DNA of 64,000 nucleotides from an uncultured Ignavibacteria bacterium (GTDB lineage Bacteria; Zixibacteria; MSB-5A5; RBG-16-43-9): NCBI GenBank assembly GCA_964511075.1, contig CAZEDM010000010.1, positions 25,507 to 89,506 of the forward strand, read 5' to 3'. Shown piece by piece: positions 56,679 to 64,000 of this stretch (position 1 is its first letter; each line of letters starts with the position of its first letter). The notes under the pieces were generated by a model. It saw only the letters and a program-made list of their open reading frames with translations, ran no database searches and was not told where the DNA came from. The position numbers and the translations under genes were made by a program.

Positions 56679-57326
56679 TTATCCTTTCTTTACTTTTTCC
56701 CAGTCCGCCAAAAAATTCTTGATTCCCACGTCAGTCAAAGGATGCTTGACCAGCTGCTGCAAAACCTTAAAAGGCATAGTGGCAATATGCGCACCCATAA
56801 TGGCGGATTCTACCACATGCAGGGGGTTACGGATGCTGGCAACTATTATCTCAGTCGAGATAGAGTAGTTTTCAAAAATCTTCACAATCTGCCCCACCAA
56901 ATCCATCCCATAATGGCTGGCATCATCCAGCCTTCCCACAAAAGGACTAACAAAGGAAGCACCGGCTTTGGCGGCCAAAAGAGCCTGGATCGGGGCAAAG
57001 ATCAGGGTGCAGTTGGTCTTAATCCCCTTTTCGGACATCATTTTGATAGCTTTTAATCCATCTTTGGAGATGGGGACTTTTATAACGATATTCCTGCCGA
57101 TTTTAACCAGCTCCTCTGCCTCTTTTACCATCCCTTCCGGGTCCAGACTTACTACTTCTGCGCTGATTGGACCGTCCACGGTATCGCAGATTTTCTTCAA
57201 CAGGGTCTTATAGTCCTCCTTCTCCTTGGAAAGCAAAGTCGGATTGGTGGTCACTCCGTCCAGTATCCCCCAGCTTGCCGCCTCTTTTATCTCCTGGTAA
57301 TTGGCGGTGTCTAAAAAGAACTTCAT
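56679..57326 (-). CDS. tal: transaldolase / fructose-6-phosphate aldolase family (short TalC/Fsa type)
   Basis: [16 protein letters not shown]...GVTTNP. The Schiff-base Lys is in the VIKVP context. 215 aa. Confidence 0.9.
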   Translation of the reverse strand: MKFFLDTANYQEIKEAASWGILDGVTTNPTLLSKEKEDYKTLLKKICDTVDGPISAEVVSLDPEGMVKEAEELVKIGRNIVIKVPISKDGLKAIKMMSEKGIKTNCTLIFAPIQALLAAKAGASFVSPFVGRLDDASHYGMDLVGQIVKIFENYSISTEIIVASIRNPLHVVESAIMGAHIATMPFKVLQQLVKHPLTDVGIKNFLADWEKVKKG

Positions 57327-57353
57327 ACCTTCTCCTTTTTTATAAACATTTGC

Positions 57354-58085
57354 TCAATAGTTGACTTTGACTAAATATAACCCCTTAGCAGGTGTAGTCA
57401 AGCCCGCTTTTGTATGGTCTTTAGCCTTGAGGATCCGAGAGAAATCCTCTAAGGTGAAATATCCCCTGCCTACATCCACTAAAGTTCCCACCAGACTCCT
57501 GACCATAGAGTGCAGGAACCTGTCTGCTTCTATTTCGAACTCCAGGTTATTCCCGTCTTTTTCCCAAAAAGCCCTGATTATCTCGCAGAGGTTATTCTCC
57601 TTGGCTGATCCTGCTACACAGAAAGAGGTGAAATCATGCTTTCCCAGAATGGTCTGGGTTGCTGAACGCATTTTCTCAAGATCGAGATCATAAAGAACCT
57701 CCCAGACATATCTTCTCAAAAAAACAGAGCGACCTGAATATATTCTATATCTGTAAACTCGACTCTTAGCACTGTATCTCGAATTAAAATCCAGATCCGC
57801 CTCCTCGATATCCTTTATCAGAATATCCTCTGGCAGAAGCGAATTTAAGCCTTTCAGGATGGAATCCAAATCCAGTTTAGATCCGGTTTTAAAATTTGCC
57901 ACCTGGGCTGAGGCATGAACGTCGGCATCGGTTCTTCCGGAGCCAATTAAGTTAAGTTCCTCCTGCAGCATCTCTTTGAGTTTCTCCTCTATCTCTCCCT
58001 GAACAGTTCTCAGGTTTGGCTGTCTCTGCCAGCCGGAGAAATCAGTTCCCTCATACTCTATGATAAGCTTGATATTTCTCTTCAC
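57354..58085 (-). CDS. truA: tRNA pseudouridine(38-40) synthase
   Basis: The N-terminus IKLIIEYEGTDFSGWQRQP and the catalytic Asp context GRTDADVHA. Confidence 0.9.
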   Translation of the reverse strand: MKRNIKLIIEYEGTDFSGWQRQPNLRTVQGEIEEKLKEMLQEELNLIGSGRTDADVHASAQVANFKTGSKLDLDSILKGLNSLLPEDILIKDIEEADLDFNSRYSAKSRVYRYRIYSGRSVFLRRYVWEVLYDLDLEKMRSATQTILGKHDFTSFCVAGSAKENNLCEIIRAFWEKDGNNLEFEIEADRFLHSMVRSLVGTLVDVGRGYFTLEDFSRILKAKDHTKAGLTTPAKGLYLVKVNY

Positions 58086-58089
58086 TCTT

Positions 58090-58893
58090 TTACAGGATAG
58101 TTCTTAAAGATAAAAAAGAACAGAGGATGGTTACACCAGCTAAGATAAAATCCTCTTTTTTGAACCGTAATCTCTGATAGGAGCTTCTCCTCTCTCCGCT
58201 CTGGAAACCTCGCGCCTCCAGGGCAAGGGCTAAATCATCTGCCTGGCGAAAGGAGGAGATGAAAAGGGGGATAAGCAGGGGATAGGTTTTCCTTATCTGT
58301 TGTACCAGGTTTCCCTCGAAGTCTGCGCCGCGTGCCATCTGTGCTTTTCTCAGGTTTATACCTTCCTCCAGAAGAAGAGGGATAAATCTTATGGAGATTA
58401 CACTGATTAAGGAGAGCTCCTCCACCGGTAGTTTCAGTCTCTTCAGGGGACGGGTGAGTTTCGAGACCGCGTCCAGAACCTCCATAGCAGAGGTGGTCAG
58501 GCTCAAAAAAGTTGCTCCCAGGATGAAAAGCAAAAGTCTCAGACAATAGATAAAGCCGTTTGCTATCCCCTTGATTCCTATCTGAAAATAACCAAAATAA
58601 AAATAAGTTCCCACGCTTTCCGAGGTTAAGAAAACCTGGAGCAGAAAGATGAAGACGAAGAAAAGGATAAAAGCTTTCAGGCTTTTCAGCAGAATGTGTA
58701 GATTTATCTTAGATAAAAAGAATAGTCCCAGGAGCAGGAAGAGCCATAATAAGTAAAGCTTAAGATTCACCGCTATTGCTACGAAGATCACCATTACCAA
58801 TACAAAAAATAGCTTAACCCGTGGGTCTGTCCGGTGAACAATGGAGTCTGTTGGCAGATACTGCCCTATTGCCAGGTCCTCAAATATGGACAT
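58090..58893 (-). CDS. ecfT: energy-coupling factor transporter transmembrane component EcfT (CbiQ family)
   Basis: A 267-aa polytopic protein with the conserved A.EARG motif near the C-terminus (ALALEARGF). Confidence 0.65.
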   Translation of the reverse strand: MSIFEDLAIGQYLPTDSIVHRTDPRVKLFFVLVMVIFVAIAVNLKLYLLWLFLLLGLFFLSKINLHILLKSLKAFILFFVFIFLLQVFLTSESVGTYFYFGYFQIGIKGIANGFIYCLRLLLFILGATFLSLTTSAMEVLDAVSKLTRPLKRLKLPVEELSLISVISIRFIPLLLEEGINLRKAQMARGADFEGNLVQQIRKTYPLLIPLFISSFRQADDLALALEARGFQSGERRSSYQRLRFKKEDFILAGVTILCSFLSLRTIL

Positions 58894-58988
58894 ATTCCCT
58901 TTCTTTTATCCTTTGGGATAATATACTCAGCCCCAAAATCAAAGTCAAATCGTTAAAACTTAAGCCGCTTAAAAACTTTTGCAGTAAA

Positions 58989-59864
58989 CTATCCTAAGAC
59001 TCTTTCTCTCCAGACTGCAATCCAGATACCGATGAAGATCAGAATCCCCCCCAGATAGATGGTATGAGGCGGGACTTCTTTAAAGATCAAAAAAGCTAGA
59101 ATCGATGCTCCTACCGGCTCGCCCAGGATGGTCATCCCCACCAGATGGGCTTTGACGTATTTCAGGATATAATTATAAAGGGTATGTCCGAGCAAAGTGG
59201 GGATTAAGGCTAAGAGCATAAAGAGTAAAAAGTTTTTCCAGGATATGGGGGAGAAGTTAAGCTCCGCCAGAAGGCAGAAGATAAAGATCACTATAGTAGA
59301 TATGGAATAGACTGAAAAGATGTAGGGGAGAAGGTTCAATTTTCTTCTGATGCCCCTTCCCAGGGTCAGATATAAAGCAGCCATAACTGCCCCTATCAGA
59401 GAAAGAAGATCACCTTTGAGATTTTCTCTGCCAAACTTTATATCACCACCAGCAATTGTGAAAACACCGGTCAGGGCAATTAGAATAGCCACAAATACCC
59501 AAAAATCTACCTTCTCCTTCAGAATCATAGGGGTGAACAATGCCACAAAAACCGGCTGGGTAGCTACAATCACCACCGAGCTGGAGACTGAGGTGTAGGC
59601 TAAGGATGATATCCAGCTCACAAAATGCAGTCCCAAAAAGATTCCGGAAAGAAGGCAAAGCAGAAGCTCATTCTTATTCAAAACCTTATAATCGCTGAAG
59701 CCTTTTTTTATAAAAAGAGGGAAGAGCAGAAGCGAGGCCAGTCCCATACGGTAAAGAGCAATTATAAAAGAATGCGCATCTGAGAGCTTGATGAAAATCG
59801 AAGCCCAGGATACAGAGGCAACTGCAAAAAAAAGGATAAAATAATTTTTGGATTGGTTTTTCAA
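58989..59864 (-). CDS. EamA/DMT-superfamily transporter
   Basis: The 291-aa protein has 10 TM helices in two duplicated EamA halves. Confidence 0.7.
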   Translation of the reverse strand: MKNQSKNYFILFFAVASVSWASIFIKLSDAHSFIIALYRMGLASLLLFPLFIKKGFSDYKVLNKNELLLCLLSGIFLGLHFVSWISSLAYTSVSSSVVIVATQPVFVALFTPMILKEKVDFWVFVAILIALTGVFTIAGGDIKFGRENLKGDLLSLIGAVMAALYLTLGRGIRRKLNLLPYIFSVYSISTIVIFIFCLLAELNFSPISWKNFLLFMLLALIPTLLGHTLYNYILKYVKAHLVGMTILGEPVGASILAFLIFKEVPPHTIYLGGILIFIGIWIAVWRERVLG

Positions 59865-59903
59865 ATTATTCCAGAATCTTATTTAGAATAAGGTCTTGAT
59901 TTT

Positions 59904-59927
59904 GGAGTGTAAACCTTCAGGGTTACT
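59904..59927. repeat. second copy of the GGAGTG(C/T)AAACCTTCAGG.TT motif/hairpin
   Basis: ggagtgtaaaccttcagggttactg compared with 53593 ggagtgcaaaccttcaggtttgcgtg. Confidence 0.5.
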
Positions 59928-59986
59928 GTTTTAATAAAGCTGAGGCTTCATACGCCAGATTTTTTTGCTCACAAGCTACCTGCTTT

Positions 59987-61111
59987 CTATATTTTCTCCA
60001 GATTATAGTCGCTTTTACCCATCCCCAGCTTCTCTGCCTCTTTTATCTGTACGCCTGCATCTTTTTTATGCAGGGCACTCAGTATATCCTGTCCTTTTTT
60101 CAATTCTAATCCTTCGGCTTTGGATCGAGGCAGAGGGATTGCCTTCCTAATCAGCTCCAGGGTTGCAGTTTCTATTGCCACTATATCATCCCCGATCAAT
60201 ATCCCCTGATCTTGAATCAGGGGATTATCCGAGACTGCCATACAATCGCACTCTGGCTGAACATCTAAGATGAAATTGATATATAAGACCTTGCCTTTTT
60301 CAAAAGTATCCAATACTGCTTTGGCCGCCTCAGCCAAGGAGGCTGAGAAATTATCATGTGATTGGGGCACAGACAAGGCCTTCTCCGGACAGACCTTCAC
60401 GCATCTTCCACATCTCCAGCATTTTTCCTCATTCACTTCAAAGAAATCTTTTCTGACTGTGATTGCTTCTACCGGGCAGTTGTTAGAACAGATAGCGCAA
60501 TAGGTGCATAGATTTTCATCCCAGGCCATTATCTCAGCCATCTGAAAATGCATCTTTCCTCTGCCTCCCTCTTTCCAGGTACATCCCCTGGGTTGGCGGC
60601 TAACACATCCCATGGCTAAGTTTTTTATCGCTCCAGCATAAGATGAATCTATGTGTCCCTTTATGTGGGTTAACACCAGCATTGATTTGGCATCATAAAT
60701 AGCAGAGGGAACGGCAAGCTCCTTTAGAAGTTTTCCTGCCTTGACCATTACCGAATCATATCCAAAGATTCCATCGGCGATTACCACCGGACATCCCAAG
60801 GAAAGCTGATTATATCCCATCTGATTAGCCACTTCAAGATATTCATATGGTTTTACCCTGGAGGAATCTGTCACAAAGGGCTTGGCTCCGACTTTCTTTA
60901 ATTCCTCCGCTATTGATCTGACAAAATTTGGTCTGAGAGTATGGTGCCCACCTCTATTCCCCAGATGCATCTTGAGAGGAACCAGTTCATCTTTAGAGAA
61001 ATATTTTGAAAGATCAATCCTCCCCAAGGCTCTTTCCAGCCTTCCCTGGAGACTGTATTTATAGTCGAATTTTTCCACCCTCGAATCAATGAAATAGATT
61101 TTCTTAGCCAT
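59987..61111 (-). CDS. DUF362-domain protein with 2x[4Fe-4S] ferredoxin domain
   Basis: Start chosen at MAKKIYFIDSRV, with RBS GGGAGA 4 nt upstream. The track ORF starts 21 codons earlier. Ferredoxin motifs CTYCAICSNNCP and CWRCGRCVKVCP. Confidence 0.7.
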   Translation of the reverse strand: MAKKIYFIDSRVEKFDYKYSLQGRLERALGRIDLSKYFSKDELVPLKMHLGNRGGHHTLRPNFVRSIAEELKKVGAKPFVTDSSRVKPYEYLEVANQMGYNQLSLGCPVVIADGIFGYDSVMVKAGKLLKELAVPSAIYDAKSMLVLTHIKGHIDSSYAGAIKNLAMGCVSRQPRGCTWKEGGRGKMHFQMAEIMAWDENLCTYCAICSNNCPVEAITVRKDFFEVNEEKCWRCGRCVKVCPEKALSVPQSHDNFSASLAEAAKAVLDTFEKGKVLYINFILDVQPECDCMAVSDNPLIQDQGILIGDDIVAIETATLELIRKAIPLPRSKAEGLELKKGQDILSALHKKDAGVQIKEAEKLGMGKSDYNLEKI

Positions 61112-61176
61112 AGATTCTCCCGTGATTAAGACATTAAATCGGAGAGGCACGTTGCAACGTGCCTCTACAAACATTA

Positions 61177-61560
61177 CTATTTATAAAACAGTGTTATTGG
61201 ATTTGCCTTTTTGAAAAAAAACAGATGTGAAAGACACTGACAATCGCTGGAGCCAAATCCTTTCATAATTATCTTGGCATCTTTCAACTTGAGGATCCTC
61301 TGGTTCAGGCGACATTCGGTTTTAACTTCTTTATAGGTGATCACTTTCAGAATTTTACAATAAGGAAGCAGATAATCTATATGCCAGAAATTTTTCTTTT
61401 TCCCTCTCAGGTGTCTTTTGACCCTTTCCTCTAAGCCACTTTGGGCACTGCCGGTGTAGATATAATATCCTTTGGGAAAAAGGCATTCATTTTTTTTGCC
61501 GATCTTGATCCTTGATTTTTTGTCTAAGTAAAGAACTAATTGATAAAGACCTTTACTCAT
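61177..61560 (-). CDS. DUF123-type (GIY-YIG-like) domain protein
   Basis: GYYIYTGSA...L..R..RH......K..WHIDYL pattern in a 127-aa ORF. It overlaps the upstream gene by 4 nt. Confidence 0.55.
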   Translation of the reverse strand: MSKGLYQLVLYLDKKSRIKIGKKNECLFPKGYYIYTGSAQSGLEERVKRHLRGKKKNFWHIDYLLPYCKILKVITYKEVKTECRLNQRILKLKDAKIIMKGFGSSDCQCLSHLFFFKKANPITLFYK

Positions 61561-62759
61561 CTGGCTTTTTTAAGTGCCTGGTCTAAATCATCAATAAGGT
61601 CCTCTGTAGCCTCTATTCCGCAGGATAGGCGTACCATCCCCCTTGTAACCCCGCTCTTCCTGAGCATGTTCTCATCCAACCCATAATGAGAGGATAAAAC
61701 TGGGATAGAGGCTAAAGATTCAACCCCACCCAAGCTGACCGCATTTTTGAATACCCTCACGTTATCCAGCAATTTCATGGCTGAGCTTAAATCTTTAAGC
61801 TCAAGGGTAACCATCCCTCCGAAGCCCTTCATTTGTGATTTGGCTAAATTATGCTGGGGATGGCTTTTTAAGCCAGGATAATAAACCTTTTTCACTTTGG
61901 AATAGTTTGAGAAATGCTGAGCTATCTTAAAGGCATTCTGATTTTGCTTTTCTACTCTTAAGGGCAAGGTCTTCAATCCTCGGATTAATAGAAATGCACC
62001 CAGGGGGTCCAGACATCCGCCTAAAAGTTTGGTTGTCTCAACCGCACGGGAGACGAAATTTTTCCCTCCGATGATCACTCCGGCAATAAGGTCACTATGA
62101 CCGGCTAAATATTTGGTGGCACTGTGAAGCACTACATCCACTCCCCATTCCAAAGGTCTTTGGTTGACGGGAGTGGCAAAGGTATTATCTGCCACAGTTA
62201 TCAGCCCGTGTTTTTTAGCAATCTTTACTCCATTTTTAAGATCCACTAACCTTAAGTTAGGATTGGTAGGGGACTCTATGAAAAGCACCCTGGTCTTAGA
62301 GTTGATAAGCTTCTCAGCTTTCTCAATAGTATCTGCATCCACGAAATGAACTTTTGTCCCCAGTTTGGGGAGAAGGTCTTTAAAAAGACGGAAAGTCCCT
62401 CCATAAACCGGAGTGGTACTAATTATTTCCTCTCCAGAAGAAACTAAGGTTAAAAGGGCAGTAGTTATAGCGGCCATCCCCGAAGAGGTGGCTAAAGCTT
62501 TCTCGCCTCCTTCTAAGGCTGCCATTTTCTTCTCCACAAACTCAGTAGTGGGGTTGGCGTAGCGGGTATAGAAATATAAGCCTTTTTCGCCTTTCAGGTA
62601 TTTTTTAAGCTCGGCAGTATTTTTGAAACCGAAGGTAGAAGTCTGGAATATAGGCTCGGCTAAAGCACCGGTGGGAAAATTCTCCCCCTCCAGACTAACT
62701 GCTAAGGTGGCTAAATTCTTTTTCTTCTTCAAAACTTGCTCCTTTCCCAGTAATGGCAA
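61557..62759 (-). CDS. Cys/Met-metabolism PLP-dependent enzyme (cystathionine gamma-synthase/beta-lyase / O-acetylhomoserine sulfhydrylase family)
   Basis: TTPVYGGTF, HSATKYLAGHSD with the PLP-Lys, and the trans-sulfuration fold. 400 aa. Confidence 0.85.
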   Translation of the reverse strand: MPLLGKEQVLKKKKNLATLAVSLEGENFPTGALAEPIFQTSTFGFKNTAELKKYLKGEKGLYFYTRYANPTTEFVEKKMAALEGGEKALATSSGMAAITTALLTLVSSGEEIISTTPVYGGTFRLFKDLLPKLGTKVHFVDADTIEKAEKLINSKTRVLFIESPTNPNLRLVDLKNGVKIAKKHGLITVADNTFATPVNQRPLEWGVDVVLHSATKYLAGHSDLIAGVIIGGKNFVSRAVETTKLLGGCLDPLGAFLLIRGLKTLPLRVEKQNQNAFKIAQHFSNYSKVKKVYYPGLKSHPQHNLAKSQMKGFGGMVTLELKDLSSAMKLLDNVRVFKNAVSLGGVESLASIPVLSSHYGLDENMLRKSGVTRGMVRLSCGIEATEDLIDDLDQALKKAR

Positions 62760-62826
62760 AAAGCCTGCACGTTCTTGTTCATGTCTGCCTCGGATTGAAA
62801 ACCAGATGCACCCTCACTTCCTGGGC

Positions 62827-63474
62827 CTATTTTTTAAGCCAGACTTTTAAATCCGAACTGAGGGTTTCTAGAGAGACCTGCCCGGAATACCTTTTGACTA
62901 TTCTTCCCTCCTTATCCAGAAGAAAAGTGGTAGGTACCCCTTTGAAGGCTCCGTAGTTTTTTACTGTCATCTCATCCCCTATGAGTATGGTATAGGGGAT
63001 TTTCATCTCCTGAACAAATGAATCCACCACTCCTAATTCTTTCTTATCCAATGATATCCCGACAACCTCCAAACCAGAACTTTTAAATTGATCATAGATA
63101 GCAATTAAATCGGTAATATCTTCCTTGCAGGAAGGGCACCAGGTAGCCCAGAAGTTCAGAAGAACAACTTTCCCCTTGAACTCTCTCAGGGAATGGGTCT
63201 TACCCCTTAAATCCGGCAGGGAGAAATCATAGGGGGAATCTGGATTCCCCTTTTGCTCGACCTTACCGCAGGCAGAGTAAAGGGCTGTAAGAATTAGAAG
63301 ACAAATCAAGATCAGTTTCTTCAAGAGGTACCGAACTCCTTTTTTAAGGAGTACAATAAAAGAATTTTTGCGAGAAATAGCAAGGGGAAAATAGGCAAGT
63401 TGGATAATAGAGCTGAGGGATTCAGATTCCCATTTGCGGAAAAGGATCTCTTCATTATCCGGGGATAGTCTCAT
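62827..63474 (-). CDS. TlpA/ResA-like thiol:disulfide oxidoreductase (thioredoxin fold, membrane/lipid anchored)
   Basis: WCPSC active site and LLNFWATWCPSCK. The real start is probably internal (TTG near 63324, before LKKLILICLLILTALYSACG). Confidence 0.75.
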   Translation of the reverse strand: MRLSPDNEEILFRKWESESLSSIIQLAYFPLAISRKNSFIVLLKKGVRYLLKKLILICLLILTALYSACGKVEQKGNPDSPYDFSLPDLRGKTHSLREFKGKVVLLNFWATWCPSCKEDITDLIAIYDQFKSSGLEVVGISLDKKELGVVDSFVQEMKIPYTILIGDEMTVKNYGAFKGVPTTFLLDKEGRIVKRYSGQVSLETLSSDLKVWLKK

Positions 63475-63579
63475 TGCTACATGAGAAGGGGTGTGTTTGA
63501 TTCAAAAAATTGGGCGAGCAATTCCTTACTCGCCCAAAGGGTGTTTTTGCACTTCCTCCTTCCTTAAGGAATTAAAAAC

Positions 63580-63777
63580 TTATGGTCCAGGAGGAGGGAA
63601 AGTCGGACAGGGGTGGCATTCATCCCAACAGATGATAGGTGGGGTTACCGTGCAAACCCTGTAACAGCACAGGCGGGCTCCATCAGTAGTAGGGGTTTTA
63701 ATCACGGTGAATCCCAAGACTAAGATGAGCATCGCAAAGAGAAGCACAAAAACTCTGAGTTTTCTGAAAAGCTTCAC
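63580..63777 (-). CDS. Cys-rich Pro-rich small secreted/membrane-anchored peptide (65 aa)
   Basis: GTG start preceded by a strong SD (gaAAGGAGGTGagagaag GTG). An N-terminal hydrophobic helix is followed by CCYRVCTVTPPIICWDECHPCPTFPPPGP (7 Cys). Confidence 0.5.
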   Translation of the reverse strand: MKLFRKLRVFVLLFAMLILVLGFTVIKTPTTDGARLCCYRVCTVTPPIICWDECHPCPTFPPPGP

Positions 63778-63794
63778 CTTCTCTCACCTCCTTT

Positions 63795-64000
63795 CTAAGG
63801 TTTATTAGAGGATAAAAGCATTCCCTGAATCTCTTTTTTATTTTTCCCCGTAAGGGAGCCAGCCCATACTTTCTGGACAATACCATTGGTATCGATGAGG
63901 ATTATCTGAGGAATTACCTCCACCTTGTAGTGATCAAGCAGAGATAAATTGGAGACGATCAAAATGGGAAATTCCAATTGGTTTCTCTGAACGAATTCCG
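63795..64000 (-). CDS. thioredoxin-fold (TlpA-like) protein, C-terminal part only (5' end beyond window)
   Basis: ...EVIPQIILIDTNGIVQKVWAGSL resembles the redoxin C-terminal beta-strand region. The ORF is open to the window end. Confidence 0.45.
   Translation of the reverse strand, partial: EFVQRNQLEFPILIVSNLSLLDHYKVEVIPQIILIDTNGIVQKVWAGSLTGKNKKEIQGMLLSSNKP

Noticed and set aside
62760-62826. Possible SAM/Met riboswitch upstream of the PLP-dependent Cys/Met enzyme
   Set aside because: The gap is only 67 nt. It is too short for a SAM-I or SAM-II aptamer, and no conserved riboswitch core motifs are visible.
1-64000. Search for CRISPR arrays, rRNA, tRNA/tmRNA, IS elements and integrases
   Set aside because: No regularly spaced direct repeats with unique spacers, no tRNA-like cloverleaf-sized GC islands in intergenic regions, and no transposase or integrase-like ORFs were seen. 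The tandem repeats present are protein-coding (TSP3, LTXXQ).

Overview
This 64 kb window is a moderately AT-rich bacterial chromosomal segment. Several hallmarks point to an uncultivated member of the FCB superphylum, but that placement is inference from these genes only. The hallmarks are a Por/T9SS C-terminal sorting domain, two GWxTD-domain proteins, and an ExbB-ExbD-ExbD-TonB module beside a TPR lipoprotein. I can support about 68 protein-coding genes. I found no rRNA, tRNA, CRISPR array, transposase or integrase.

Gene order, left to right:
- 1-4.2 kb (minus strand): small accessory-looking genes. A partial gene carries a PD-(D/E)xK-like motif, then a 4xCxxC zinc-ribbon protein, a secreted protein, an ABM-like protein, a membrane protein and an ICMT-family methyltransferase. 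The terminators here share a conserved 20-mer.
- 4.5-9.7 kb: HlyD adaptor, two ABC ATPases and two ABC-2 permeases.
- 10-15.4 kb: TPR lipoprotein, a membrane protein, then ExbB-ExbD-ExbD-TonB.
- 15.5-17.8 kb: H+-translocating pyrophosphatase.
- 18-24.8 kb: a Yip1-like protein, then TolC, a MacA-like adaptor, a MacB-type ATPase and two FtsX permeases.
- 24.8-29.6 kb: two GWxTD proteins followed by an ABC ATPase and ABC-2 permease.
- 29.8-38.7 kb (all minus strand): the most unusual block. An ECF sigma factor is followed by TolC, MacA and a fused MacB. Only then comes its presumptive zinc-binding (ZAS-type) anti-sigma factor, then an LTXXQ (Spy/CpxP-like) periplasmic protein, a small protein, and a T9SS cargo protein built from three LTXXQ repeats. 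Two lipoproteins close the block, one with a Met/Gly/Pro-rich tail.
- 39.8-49.2 kb: MazG, then an OmpA-family protein with TSP3 repeats. Next is a cell-wall recycling set (SpoIID/LytB, AnmK, NagZ), a GAF-GGDEF membrane sensor and CstA.
- 49.2-64 kb: mostly housekeeping genes. These include purQ, purS, pssA, psd, purB, transaldolase, truA, ecfT, an EamA transporter and a DUF362/ferredoxin protein. A DUF123 protein, a PLP-dependent Cys/Met enzyme and TlpA-like redoxins complete the stretch.
- This last stretch is interrupted by a bactofilin-like beta-helix protein with a signal peptide, and by an AT-rich two-gene islet between psd and purB. That islet holds an ORF6N DNA-binding protein and a zinc-ribbon protein.
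- It also holds REP-like GC hairpin elements, and a Cys-rich 65-aa secreted peptide with a strong SD between two redoxin genes.

All calls rest on motifs and family knowledge read from the translations. No database search was possible.
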